A stretch of 64,000 nt of DNA from Thermoproteota archaeon (GTDB lineage: Archaea; Thermoproteota; Nitrososphaeria_A; Caldarchaeales; Calditenuaceae): assembly GCA_030550155.1 (NCBI GenBank), contig JAUQPZ010000002.1, forward strand, positions 769-64,768, in the 5' to 3' direction. The translations under genes and the position numbers were made by a program. The first letter of the stretch is position 1; each line of letters opens with the position of its first letter. Shown in pieces: positions 1 to 9,196 of this stretch. Under the pieces are notes generated by a model. It had not been told where the DNA came from. It searched no databases and saw only the letters and a list, made by a program, of their open reading frames with translations.

Positions 1-167
1 AGTTGTGACAACATATCCACCCGGTATGGGTAGAGCCGCTGAGTCGTCTGGATAGTCGAGGCCGACTCCGCCGTTAAGATTCTTCATCCAGTCAGGGACC
101 CGGTTTAAAATAAGTTGCTGGATGAGCTTCGAGGTCTCGGTTCCACCTGAGCCGTGGGCTAGCGATA
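1..167 (-). CDS. hypE: Hydrogenase maturation protein HypE, N-terminal fragment; the gene continues beyond the window start
   Basis: Reverse-strand translation of 1..167 reads (L)SRISLAHGSGGTETSKLIQQLILNRV..., matching the conserved HypE N-terminus (ITLAHGSGG). A TTG start at 165-167 lies 3 nt after the hypC stop. It sits downstream of hypC-hypD in the canonical order. Confidence 0.6.
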
Positions 168-173
168 TCCTGC

Positions 174-497
174 TCAAGGCCTATCCACGTCCCCTCCAGC
201 GAGATGCGTAGCCTCTGTTTTCTCCTTCAACCTGACCCTGACCCTCTCAAGATATTTCATGGCCTCTTGGTTATTTTCTCCAATCCGTCTGGCCGCCTCT
301 TCAAGGATACTGAAGACCTGTGCGAAGTCCTTCTCGCTGAGACGGGACACAATTACCCCTGCATGGACAACAACGTAGTCTCCCCCCTTCACATCCTCGA
401 CGCCTACTAAAACCTCCTTGGTTAAGCCGCCTCCGAAATCCACCACCGCCAACTCGCCAGTCACCCCCAACACCCTGCCGTAAACTCCGAGACACAT
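174..497 (-). CDS. hypC: Hydrogenase assembly chaperone HypC/HupF
   Basis: 107 aa starting MCLGVYGRVL (the MC(L/I)G/A start typical of HypC); small OB-fold size; immediately downstream of hypD. Confidence 0.8.
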   Translation of the reverse strand: MCLGVYGRVLGVTGELAVVDFGGGLTKEVLVGVEDVKGGDYVVVHAGVIVSRLSEKDFAQVFSILEEAARRIGENNQEAMKYLERVRVRLKEKTEATHLAGGDVDRP

Positions 498-502
498 CTA
501 CA

Positions 503-1666
503 CTACACCTCCAACACGACTCCGCTCCCACCCATCCGAGCCCAGATAGAGCAGGCCCCTTCAGTCGACACCATACAGGGGCCGTAGGGTGTGCCAGGCG
601 TGCAGGCCTTCATAAACATTTTACAGTCTGAAGGCTTAGCCGAACCTAAGATCACTTGGCCGCAGATGCAACCGGGGAGAAGGTCATGCCGCCACTCCTC
701 TCTGCTGGGCTCCCTGATACCGTAGACTCTGAAGGCGTCGAGGTCGCTGTACTCTTCCCTGAACGCGAGGCCGCTTCTCTCGATAAAGCCTATACCCCTC
801 CATGCAGCGTCAACGACCTCGAAATACCTCTCGAGAAGAGCTTTGGCCTTCCTGTTCCCCTCCCAGGTCACGGTCCTCGAATATTCGATCTCAAGCCTCG
901 GCTCACCCTCCAATATCTGCCTCAATATCAGCGCGATGGCTATCAGGACATCAAGGGGCTCGAAGCCAGCGACCACCGCCGGAACTCCATACTCCTCTGG
1001 TAGGAAACGCCAGACTCCGGCACCAGTAATTGTGGAGACGTGTCCTGGAGCTATGACCCCCGAGACCTTACCAACCCTCTCCACAGAGTATTTCGCAGCG
1101 GGGGGAGTGAGCCTGCCAGCCATAATAAGTGTCAGGTTGGGTGGGACGAGATTGTTTGAGATCGCTGAGGCGTAGGCGGGGCATGTCGTCTCGAATCCTA
1201 CTGCGAGGAAGACCGAGGGCTTCTTATGGGTTGCCGCGTCCCTCGCCGCGTCTAGGAAGCTGTAGACCACTCTAACGTCATGGCCCATCATCCGGGCGTC
1301 TGAGAGGCTTCTACAACCATCCACGGCCTTTACCGCGGGCAGTTTATAGGAGTCTCCATAAGTATAGACCGTGACACCCTCAATAGCGAGCTTAACGGCG
1401 GCCTCAACATAGAATGAAGGGGTTATACAGACGGGGCAACCCGGCCCCGCGACCAATTCAACACCAGGCGGCAGCACGCTTCTTATGCCGTAGTGAGTCG
1501 AAGCATATTCGTGTGTGCCGCAGAAATTCATTATCTTGACCACAGAAGTTTCCTTTAACTTAACCTGCTCCCAGTAGTCGTTGATCATCTTCACGATCTC
1601 GCCTGCAAGCACCCCGTCCCTAAACACGGATTTCGTAAGCGTCCGGAGGTCTTTTGCGTGTGCCAC
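503..1666 (-). CDS. hypD: Hydrogenase maturation factor HypD
   Basis: 387 aa with the HypD signature motifs FCGTHE (CGxH), GPGCPVC and CPVC. Confidence 0.9.
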   Translation of the reverse strand: MAHAKDLRTLTKSVFRDGVLAGEIVKMINDYWEQVKLKETSVVKIMNFCGTHEYASTHYGIRSVLPPGVELVAGPGCPVCITPSFYVEAAVKLAIEGVTVYTYGDSYKLPAVKAVDGCRSLSDARMMGHDVRVVYSFLDAARDAATHKKPSVFLAVGFETTCPAYASAISNNLVPPNLTLIMAGRLTPPAAKYSVERVGKVSGVIAPGHVSTITGAGVWRFLPEEYGVPAVVAGFEPLDVLIAIALILRQILEGEPRLEIEYSRTVTWEGNRKAKALLERYFEVVDAAWRGIGFIERSGLAFREEYSDLDAFRVYGIREPSREEWRHDLLPGCICGQVILGSAKPSDCKMFMKACTPGTPYGPCMVSTEGACSIWARMGGSGVVLEV

Positions 1667-1748
1667 ATTTATATCAACCCCCTGTTATTTAAAAAGGTTA
1701 TCACTCTAAATAAACGCGGGTGCAATACTATTGTAATAGACTATTCAC

Positions 1749-4076
1749 TTGGATGCTGCATGGGTGAGTTTTGTGAGGGCTGTGCGGCTGAGGCTCTCCG
1801 GCATAGTTCAGGGTGTGGGGTTCAGGCCATTCGTCTATAGGGTAGCACATCGGGTTGGCGTTGCAGGATATGTTAGGAACATAGGAGGGAGTGGTGTTGA
1901 GATTCACGTTGAGGGGAGGTCAGAGGAGGTAGACGAGTTTCTGCGCGTTTTGATGATGGAGAAGCCCGAGAATGCGCGAATAGATTCGCTGCAATCTGAA
2001 GAAGTGGCGCCCATCGGCCTAAGAGGCTTCCAGATAAGAGAGAGCGACGCCTCCACTCAGCACAGGTCCATCATACCTCCAGACTTCTCGATATGCCGCG
2101 ACTGTCTAAATGAAATTCTCTCAGAAAGCCGTTGGAAACACTACCCCTTCAACTCATGCGCCTTCTGCGGCCCAAGATACTCGATGCTTTACAGCATACC
2201 ATACGACAGGGCAAATACTTCTATGCATGCCTTCCCTCTCTGCCCCCAGTGCCGAGCCGAGTATGAAGACCCTCTTAACGATAGGAGATTTCACGCGCAA
2301 GGCATAAGCTGCCCAGCATGTGGCCCACGCACGCGGCTCTACACAGCGAGGGGTGAGCTTGTTCTTGACGGTTTGGAGGCGGTAAGGGAGGCCTCCAGGC
2401 TTCTCGATGAGGGATTTATAGTCGCAGTGAAGGGGCTGGGTGGTTACCACATAGCCGCCTCGGCTGTCGATGACTTGGTAGTGGCGCGTCTGAGGGAGCG
2501 GAAGAGAAGGCCAACGAAGCCCTTCGCCGTAATGGTCCTCGACTTAGATGTTGCTGGAAGTCTCGTTGAGCTCAGCCCGGAGGCGTCAGCGGTGTTGGAC
2601 TCGCCCGAGAAGCCCATTATGCTTCTTCCTAGGAGAGATGGTGCGCAGGTCTCCAGCCTCGTGGCGCCGAATTTAAAGAAGCTCGGAGTCTTCCTCCCAT
2701 ACACGGCTCTTCACCACCTTCTCCTCAAGTGGACCAGAGAGAAATACTCGATAATGACGAGCGGCAACCCGCACAACGAGCCCATGTGCACCAAAGATGA
2801 GGAGGCTTTCAGCAGGCTCTCGGAGATCGTGGACTATTTTCTCACGCATAATAGAGAGATTGTGAATAGGGTGGATGATAGTGTGGTCCGTTTCAGCGGT
2901 GGCAGAATAGCTATGCTGAGGAGAGGTAGGGGATATGCTCCCAGGTGGATTCAGCTCCCATTCCGCTCTAAGAAAAATGTGGTCGCCTTCGGCGCTATGC
3001 TCCAGAGCGCTGGCGCAGTCTGTTTCGAAGACAATGTTATTCTGACACAGTTTATAGGCGACGTAGATGAATATGCATCCTTCCTTGAACTCGAGAAATA
3101 TCTAAGCTTCCTCGTCAGAACATACAATATCCAGCTGAACACTTCGCTCCACGCCTCCGACCTCCACCCCCAGTATCCATCGACTCTCTTGGCTGAGGAG
3201 TGGGCGCAGAGAAATGGCGGAGAGCTTATGCGGATTCAGCACCACTGGGCACATATTGCGGCCGTGATCGCGGAGTATGGTCTCCAAGAGGAAGAGGTGG
3301 TGGGTATCGCCATCGACGGCGTGGGCTTTGGGTCTGATGGCTCGGCCTGGGGAGGAGAGGTCTTGATCGCGGGTCTGAGGGAGTTTAGGCGTGTAGGATG
3401 TTTGAGGCCTCAGCCTATGCCCGGCGGCGATCTGGCGGTTGAGTATCCTGTGAGGATGCTTGCAGGGATACTTTCCAGCGGTCTTGGTAGGGAGCAGCTC
3501 GCAGAGGTATTTAGAGAGCTCGGCATAACTGAAAAGGGTCTGAGGCGTGGCTGGGCTGAATTTGAGTTCGTCTTGAAGCAGCTAGACGGCTCGCCGCCTC
3601 TCACTTCAAGCACCGGTCGGGTCCTAGATGCTGCGTCATCAATGCTCGGTTTCTGCCACAGGAGGACATATGAAGGTGAGCCAGCCATCGTCTTAGAAGA
3701 CAACTCTCGCCCCACGTCTGAGAGAATAAGGCCGAAGATCGTGGAAGGTGAGATAGCCATCCTCGACACAACCACCATTCTTCTCGAGGCCCTTGAAAGG
3801 CTAAGGAACGGGGAGTCGAGGAGCGAGGTAGGATACATGGTTCAGCATGCTTTGGGCTACGGCCTCGGCCTCATCGCGCGGAGAGTGGCGGGAAAGAGGC
3901 GTTTCGTCACCGTCTCGGGGGGAGCAGCCGTGAATGACTATCTCCTCGAAGGCATAAGAGAGGCTTTGACGGGAAGCTCTCTCGAGACTCTCTTGCCGAC
4001 TCAAGCACCTGCAGGTGACGGCGGCATCGCTCTAGGCCAAGCAGCGATAGCTGCTTACCGCTCCTTAAGTGACTGA
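1749..4076 (+). CDS. hypF: Carbamoyltransferase HypF
   Basis: 775 aa with an N-terminal acylphosphatase motif (VQGVGFRPFVYRVA), two CxxC...CxxC zinc-finger pairs, a YrdC-like region and a C-terminal Kae1/carbamoyltransferase region. The call starts at TTG 1749; a GTG at 1776 is an alternative. Confidence 0.9.
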   Translation: MDAAWVSFVRAVRLRLSGIVQGVGFRPFVYRVAHRVGVAGYVRNIGGSGVEIHVEGRSEEVDEFLRVLMMEKPENARIDSLQSEEVAPIGLRGFQIRESDASTQHRSIIPPDFSICRDCLNEILSESRWKHYPFNSCAFCGPRYSMLYSIPYDRANTSMHAFPLCPQCRAEYEDPLNDRRFHAQGISCPACGPRTRLYTARGELVLDGLEAVREASRLLDEGFIVAVKGLGGYHIAASAVDDLVVARLRERKRRPTKPFAVMVLDLDVAGSLVELSPEASAVLDSPEKPIMLLPRRDGAQVSSLVAPNLKKLGVFLPYTALHHLLLKWTREKYSIMTSGNPHNEPMCTKDEEAFSRLSEIVDYFLTHNREIVNRVDDSVVRFSGGRIAMLRRGRGYAPRWIQLPFRSKKNVVAFGAMLQSAGAVCFEDNVILTQFIGDVDEYASFLELEKYLSFLVRTYNIQLNTSLHASDLHPQYPSTLLAEEWAQRNGGELMRIQHHWAHIAAVIAEYGLQEEEVVGIAIDGVGFGSDGSAWGGEVLIAGLREFRRVGCLRPQPMPGGDLAVEYPVRMLAGILSSGLGREQLAEVFRELGITEKGLRRGWAEFEFVLKQLDGSPPLTSSTGRVLDAASSMLGFCHRRTYEGEPAIVLEDNSRPTSERIRPKIVEGEIAILDTTTILLEALERLRNGESRSEVGYMVQHALGYGLGLIARRVAGKRRFVTVSGGAAVNDYLLEGIREALTGSSLETLLPTQAPAGDGGIALGQAAIAAYRSLSD

Positions 4077-4089
4077 TGATATCGTCGAA

Positions 4090-4196
4090 CGCCGGGGGAG
4101 GGATTTGAACCCTCGCGGCCCGTGGAGGGCCACAGGCTCTCAAGGCCTGCCCCTCTGGACCCCGTGGAAGGCTGGTCCGGACTTGGGTACCCCGGC
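4090..4196 (-). tRNA. tRNA-Ser (anticodon UGA), 107 nt, with an approx. 21-nt intron in the D-arm region
   Basis: The reverse complement gives acceptor GCCGGGG/CCCCGGC and an anticodon stem-loop CAGGC-CUUGAGA-GCCUG (anticodon UGA). It has a long variable arm (GGCCC...GGGCC) and a T arm GAGGG-TTCAAAT-CCCTC. The D-arm segment is about 21 nt too long compared with the intron-less tRNA-Ser at 24754..24839. No CCA is encoded. Confidence 0.7.
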
Positions 4197-4244
4197 TCCC
4201 GGCCCCCCATAGCACTTCTCATTAATAGCTATTTAAGATAAGTA

Positions 4245-5840
4245 GTGAGGTTATGGCGAGGGTATCGCGGGTTGGAGAGGGCGATTCCCAAGACGATGGC
4301 CTCTCAGCATCCGGACAACGCCAACGTTCCAGCCTGGTGTAGTAATCAGATTATCGCTGGGGAAGATGAGGTCAAGGAGGCCTATATGGCGTTCAAAGAG
4401 TATGGCTGCCAAGAGGTTATGTGGGACTCCGAGGGAAAAGACATCGATCCTCACGTCGTCAGGAAGTTACTCAGCTCCTACCCGGATTTCTTCGGGGAAA
4501 AGATGCTTGGAAGAGACATATTCCTAACATTCAGGGTCCCTAACCCCCTCATAGAGGAGGCCGAGAGAAAGGTATTCCTCGAATCCCTGCAGTCGATACC
4601 GCGACACAACGACATAGCGAGGCTCTTCTACGGAGACAACAGACACTTCATCTTCGAGATAATACTACCCTTCACATCCAGCCAAAACGACATAATAAGG
4701 GTGAAGGAGGTTTACAGACGCGCAGTCGTGGAGCCACTCAGCTCTTTAATAGACTTCAAAGGTTACACGCTGAGAGACCTTATAGGCGATGTCTCCCCCA
4801 AAGACATCGAAGTAATTCCGCTGGTCGAAGACATGGATTCAATACTCAGCATAGACCTGATCTTAACCAAGTATGTTGAGCTCATCACACCATCATACGT
4901 GAGGCTCTTCATCGCGCGCTCAGACCCAGCATTATCCTATGGATTCATCTCAGCCACACTTCTGGCGAAACTAGGCCTTTCTAAAGCTAGACAAGTAGAG
5001 GAAACACTCGGAATTCCGATTTACCCAATAATCGGCGCGGGATGTCTCCCATTTAGAGGTCATAACTCGCCTCTCAACACAGACAAATTCCTAGAGGAGT
5101 ACTCAGGCGTCTATACTGTTACTATACAGTCAGCCTTCAGATACGACTTTTCCTTGAACGATTCAATCAAGGCTGTTGAGCAACTTAACTCCCAGCTGCC
5201 CGCTCGGGAAGCAGATATTCTTGATAGGGACATCGAAGAGCTCGCTACTACATGCATCTCAAAGCTCATGAATATTTACAGCGAATCTCTCCAGCTCTCT
5301 GCTAAAGAGGTCAACAAGAAGTCGAGGCTCATACCTTCGAGAAGGTCGAGAAAACTCCACATAGGGCTTTTCAGCTATTCGAGGAAGTTCAGAGGTTTTG
5401 AGCTTCCAAGGGCCATCCCGTACTCAGGATTCTTTTACACCTTGGGTCTGCCTCCCGAATTTATAGGTCTGAGGGGTCTGAGGGCGCTTAGTGAGGAAGA
5501 GTTCGATACCGTGTTATGGCTTCACAGGAACTTGAAACATGACCTTAGTTTTTCGGCTAGGTTTGTGAGCTGGGAAAACCTCTCTCTCCTAGCAGAGGTT
5601 GGCTCCGAAGTTGAAAGAGTTTTCGGGCAAGAATTTTTGAAAGGCTTTATACCAAAATATATGGAGGACATAGCCGCTTCAGAGGAAATGCTTGGGATAA
5701 AATGCGGCCCGAAGGTTCCCAGTGACAGGAAATACGTGAACACTGTGGAGAATTTCTTAATCTCGTTGATCGAGGGCGATGAGGAGCAGGCTAAGGCCGA
5801 GTTACTATCAAGCGCGAGAATGCGGCGAAGCCTAGGCTAA
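4245..5840 (+). CDS. ppcA: Archaeal-type phosphoenolpyruvate carboxylase
   Basis: Conserved N-terminal block RAIPKTMASQHPDN(A)NVP and extended collinearity with the archaeal PEPC family. The called start is GTG 4245; TTG 4272 or ATG 4296 are alternatives. Confidence 0.85.
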   Translation: MRLWRGYRGLERAIPKTMASQHPDNANVPAWCSNQIIAGEDEVKEAYMAFKEYGCQEVMWDSEGKDIDPHVVRKLLSSYPDFFGEKMLGRDIFLTFRVPNPLIEEAERKVFLESLQSIPRHNDIARLFYGDNRHFIFEIILPFTSSQNDIIRVKEVYRRAVVEPLSSLIDFKGYTLRDLIGDVSPKDIEVIPLVEDMDSILSIDLILTKYVELITPSYVRLFIARSDPALSYGFISATLLAKLGLSKARQVEETLGIPIYPIIGAGCLPFRGHNSPLNTDKFLEEYSGVYTVTIQSAFRYDFSLNDSIKAVEQLNSQLPAREADILDRDIEELATTCISKLMNIYSESLQLSAKEVNKKSRLIPSRRSRKLHIGLFSYSRKFRGFELPRAIPYSGFFYTLGLPPEFIGLRGLRALSEEEFDTVLWLHRNLKHDLSFSARFVSWENLSLLAEVGSEVERVFGQEFLKGFIPKYMEDIAASEEMLGIKCGPKVPSDRKYVNTVENFLISLIEGDEEQAKAELLSSARMRRSLG

Positions 5841-6740
5841 TATCCTCTCGATCAGAAACTCTTTTCTGAAGGGGAGCAGGTCATCTAATCCCTGCCCGAC
5901 ACCGAGAAAAATTATGGGCCTCTGAATCTCGTGGCAGACTGTGAGGGCGAGCCCTCCTCGAGAGTCGCTATCAAGCTTCGTGAGTATTACACAATCCACG
6001 CCCACATCGTCATGGAATCTCCTGGCCTGCTCTTGCGCCACGGAGCCGGTCAGAGAGTCAAGGACTAGGAAGACAGAGTCAGGGTTTGTAATCCTCTTAA
6101 TCTTGTTCATCTCATCCATAAGATTCCTTTTCGCCTCGCTTCTCCCCGCGGTGTCTATGAGGACGACGGCCTCCCTCCCCGCCCTGGCAGACATTATCGC
6201 GTCAACTGCGACAGCTGCGGGGTCCGCACCATATTTCTGGCTGACAGCCCTAATCCCCACCTGACCCGCCAAGTTTTTAGCCTGCTCTATCGCGGCGGCT
6301 CTGAATGTGTCGCTGCAAGATAAGACAGAGCTCAAGCCGTGCTTCTTCAACCAGTACGCTACCTTAGCAATTGTTGTTGTCTTCCCACCTCCATTCGGGC
6401 CGACAAAGAGCGCGACGTATGGTTCCCCTCTCACCTTATTCTTCTCCAAGATGTCGTGGAAAAGCCTGTCGGGTGATGCTTCGATGAGAACATCTAGTAA
6501 AGCCCCCCGGTATATCGACTTTATAGCCTCGTCGCCGTTACCCATACGCGGTACACGTAGCCCGGCGAGCTTCGGTCTAATTAGCTCAGCTATATGTTCA
6601 GCCGTCTTGACCGAGACGTCGCTCGTGATTAGTTGGAGCTTGAAATCGTCAAGGACCTGCTTCAGCTCGCTTTCAGAGAGGTGTGTTGTGGATATTTTTT
6701 CGGTGAGTATTTGAAAGGCTTTTTTGAGCCCCTCAAGCAT
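5832..6740 (-). CDS. ftsY: Signal recognition particle receptor FtsY (SRP GTPase)
   Basis: 302 aa with an SRP-GTPase NG domain: GPNGGGKTTT (G1), DTAGR (G3), TKLD (G4). The short form and its position next to pfdA indicate FtsY rather than SRP54. Confidence 0.8.
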   Translation of the reverse strand: MLEGLKKAFQILTEKISTTHLSESELKQVLDDFKLQLITSDVSVKTAEHIAELIRPKLAGLRVPRMGNGDEAIKSIYRGALLDVLIEASPDRLFHDILEKNKVRGEPYVALFVGPNGGGKTTTIAKVAYWLKKHGLSSVLSCSDTFRAAAIEQAKNLAGQVGIRAVSQKYGADPAAVAVDAIMSARAGREAVVLIDTAGRSEAKRNLMDEMNKIKRITNPDSVFLVLDSLTGSVAQEQARRFHDDVGVDCVILTKLDSDSRGGLALTVCHEIQRPIIFLGVGQGLDDLLPFRKEFLIERILA

Positions 6741-7193
6741 CTAAGACCTACCCGCCTCACCCTGCCCCTCTCTTGCAGCTCTCTCAATCGTGCTTAGAAA
6801 CCTTCTGATAGCCTCTATCCTCTCGAGGTAGGCCTGTAGAGCGCGCGAAGTCTCGGCCCTAGCCTGCTCAAGTCTCTGCTTCCTAAGCATGAGCCAGCTC
6901 CGACACCTGTCGAGAGGCATGTCTATGAATATGTTTTCCCCTATATTCACCCTGTACGTGTTTATGTTTGTTATCACGCCCTCAACTAGGACCCCCGCAC
7001 CTATCGGCATAAGGCCTTTAACCTCGCTCTGAGACTTCGCTATCTCATCGAGAAGTTCGAGGCTCCTGTCATGCTCACTAATAGAGCTCTCAAGCGCTAA
7101 GACTCGGGCTTGAAGCTCACGGACTACGCGCTCCAGTACCCCCAGCTCTGAGACCGCTCTCTCGACGTCCTCCCTAGTGACCTTAATACTCAT
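6741..7193 (-). CDS. pfdA: Prefoldin alpha subunit
   Basis: 150 aa with a coiled-coil/beta-hairpin/coiled-coil layout; sits in the conserved archaeal eif6-pfdA-ftsY neighbourhood. Confidence 0.7.
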   Translation of the reverse strand: MSIKVTREDVERAVSELGVLERVVRELQARVLALESSISEHDRSLELLDEIAKSQSEVKGLMPIGAGVLVEGVITNINTYRVNIGENIFIDMPLDRCRSWLMLRKQRLEQARAETSRALQAYLERIEAIRRFLSTIERAAREGQGEAGRS

Positions 7194-7241
7194 ATCATCC
7201 TTGTATGATTTGTCTCACGCAGTATAAATACGATTCACCAT

Positions 7242-7940
7242 CTATAGGCCGAGAGCGGTGGAAATCGTCATCAGCTCGGGGCCCAGCGTTCTCCTCCCAA
7301 TGAGTGCTCCCTTTCCGTTTGCCAGTATCCCGCTCTTCACAAACAGGTTACCGTTGTTCACTGTTGCCCTCATGACTCCGACCTTTGAATACTCCTCAAT
7401 CTTTTGAATCTCTTCATCGCTTGCTTCCACGTGAACCAGTCCTCCACGATTCGTTAGGAGGCATATCGACCCAACATGTCTTCTTCCAGCGATGGACATG
7501 GTGTGGGCTTCCACACCAAGAGCGTCCGCAATACTTCTCCTCTCTTCGACCGGTATGTCGGGAGAGAGAATTACGCAGCGGTCGTTGACGCATATCATAT
7601 TGCCCATTGCTGTTTCTTTTCCGTTATAAATGTAGATGTTTAGGCTCGGGTCTGCGGCCTTCAATGCTGAGACCTCATCCTCGAGCGCAGTTTTTGGTAG
7701 TATGGCGCCATTGCTGTTAATGCATAGAAGCGGGCCTATGAGAATAGAGCCTGAAACATAGGTCTGAACGGCCACGACGCCCAATATGCTTGACATGAGA
7801 TCGATTTTCTTCGCTGGCAACCCGGTCGGGACTACCAGAATCTTCTCACTCACAGCTGCAAAAAGCCCCACGTGAGGGGTGCCATAAACATCTATGAGGT
7901 GAACATTAGCTGTCTGTGCCCTGCTCGGCAGCTCCCTCAC
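7242..7940 (-). CDS. eif6: Translation initiation factor 6 (aIF6)
   Basis: 232 aa with five-fold pseudo-repeat aIF6 similarity (…GTPHVGLFA…, C-terminal …ISTALGL). The called start overlaps rpl31e by 35 nt and the true start is uncertain. Confidence 0.8.
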   Translation of the reverse strand: MRELPSRAQTANVHLIDVYGTPHVGLFAAVSEKILVVPTGLPAKKIDLMSSILGVVAVQTYVSGSILIGPLLCINSNGAILPKTALEDEVSALKAADPSLNIYIYNGKETAMGNMICVNDRCVILSPDIPVEERRSIADALGVEAHTMSIAGRRHVGSICLLTNRGGLVHVEASDEEIQKIEEYSKVGVMRATVNNGNLFVKSGILANGKGALIGRRTLGPELMTISTALGL

Positions 7941-8190
7941 CTCCCAGCCTCACTATTGCTTCACCCTCCTCATCCTTCTCAACAACTATCGTGATTTTCC
8001 GTGGGGGCCGTTCAACACTTTTGCTGTGAATAAACCTTGTGAGCTCCTCAGAGATCTTCACCCTCTCGGTCTTCGCCACCCTCTCCGCCTTCCTCTTGAT
8101 AATGTTCAGCGCGCGCCTCGCGCGCCTCATCTTCGGAGCCTTGTAGGCATCTCTCAAATTGAGAGTAATCTCCAAGCGCCTCTTAGACAT
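7906..8190 (-). CDS. rpl31e: 50S ribosomal protein L31e
   Basis: 94 aa, basic, L31e-like (EITLNLRDAYKAPKMRRARRALNIIK…); conserved position upstream of eif6. Confidence 0.8.
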   Translation of the reverse strand: MSKRRLEITLNLRDAYKAPKMRRARRALNIIKRKAERVAKTERVKISEELTRFIHSKSVERPPRKITIVVEKDEEGEAIVRLGGEGAAEQGTDS

Positions 8191-8200
8191 GTTAAACCAC

Positions 8201-8353
8201 CTACGGCTTTATCCTGCCAGAGTTCCTCCAGTTTCTCCTTCGATGGCTGACCCTTACCTCCTGCCCCGTCCGAACAATAATCCAGGCTGGGACACCCTTA
8301 GCCCTCTTTAGTGCCGCCGCGAGCCTCTTCTTCACCGGCAAAGTCTTCGCCAT
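8201..8353 (-). CDS. rpl39e: 50S ribosomal protein L39e (absent from the ORF track, under 60 aa)
   Basis: Reverse translation gives MAKTLPVKKRLAAALKRAKGVPAWIIVRTGQEVRVSHRRRNWRNSGRIKP (50 aa), a typical L39e. ATG at 8351-8353 and stop (cta) at 8201-8203. Conserved position upstream of rpl31e. Confidence 0.8.
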   Translation of the reverse strand: MAKTLPVKKRLAAALKRAKGVPAWIIVRTGQEVRVSHRRRNWRNSGRIKP

Positions 8354-8416
8354 TTCACTCACCAATAAGTGAGACAATGCAGGACTATATGAGTATTCGA
8401 CTGGGGAGGGGACCTC

Positions 8417-8764
8417 TTAGAGCTCGTCCTTACTAAGCCTGACTATCTTGGTCTCCTTTTTCGGAGGCATGATCTTCTCGAGTATCTGTCGGAGGAGGTC
8501 GTCTGTTATCTGCCCTCTGAGGTTCCCTGAGCGCGCGAGGTTCATTATGTAGTTCTCTATCGCCTCTGCGACAGCGGGCCTAGCCATTTTTATGTTTGCG
8601 AGCCTCTGCCGCGCCTCCGGAGTGAGCACTACTCTAAGAACAGCTGCTCTCTCAGCCTCAGCCCTCCTCTTCTCCTCCTCTTCCGCAACCCTAGCCTGAA
8701 GCTCAGCCATCTTCCTTCTACGGATCTCTTCAAGCTCCTCGTCCTCTTGCTCCGGTGCAGTCAA
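8417..8764 (-). CDS. DNA-binding protein, PDCD5/TFAR19 family (COG2118)
   Basis: 115 aa with an acidic/Lys-rich N-terminus and the conserved block LTPEARQRLANIKMARPAVAEAIENYIMNLARSGNLRGQITDDLLRQILEKI. Usually adjacent to rpl39e in archaea. Confidence 0.7.
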   Translation of the reverse strand: MTAPEQEDEELEEIRRRKMAELQARVAEEEEKRRAEAERAAVLRVVLTPEARQRLANIKMARPAVAEAIENYIMNLARSGNLRGQITDDLLRQILEKIMPPKKETKIVRLSKDEL

Positions 8765-8853
8765 CTGAAGCCACCCTACTTATGGAAACGAGCGATTACT
8801 TAAATACATATTCCGTTGTGCGCCCCTCCGGTCTAAAATTGCTGCGACTTGCC

Positions 8854-9150
8854 CTATTTCTTCTGCTCAATCCCCTGTCTGACAAGTCGGTATCGGGGCT
8901 CGAATAATCTTAGTGTTGCTGGCGTGTCGTATTTATGGACCGTCACCGTTGCCTCTGGGGAGCCGTATCTTGGCATGATATTGACGAGGGCGAGCCTGTC
9001 CTTGTCTATGCCTAAATACTTTGAGACCGCCTCAAGCGTCTCGGCCCTGCTCGGCGTGCCTCCCCCGCTAGAGATAAGCAACACAATCTCGCTTCTACCG
9101 ATCAGCTCATTTCTTTTCTCAGAGAGCTTCTCTACCACCTCTGTCACCAA
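8854..9150 (-). CDS. rps24e: 30S ribosomal protein S24e
   Basis: 98 aa; pattern …NELIGRSEIVLLI…GGTPSRAETLEAVSKYLGIDKDRLALVNIMPRYG…ATVTVHKYDT matches the S24e family. Confidence 0.7.
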   Translation of the reverse strand: MVTEVVEKLSEKRNELIGRSEIVLLISSGGGTPSRAETLEAVSKYLGIDKDRLALVNIMPRYGSPEATVTVHKYDTPATLRLFEPRYRLVRQGIEQKK

Positions 9151-9196
9151 CTCTGGGGAATCTCTTTATCGACCCGTTATATTACTGTAATCTGTT

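Noticed and set aside
8849-9190. 113-aa plus-strand ORF overlapping rps24e
   Set aside because: It is antisense to the conserved S24e gene and has a low-complexity Ser/Leu-rich translation.
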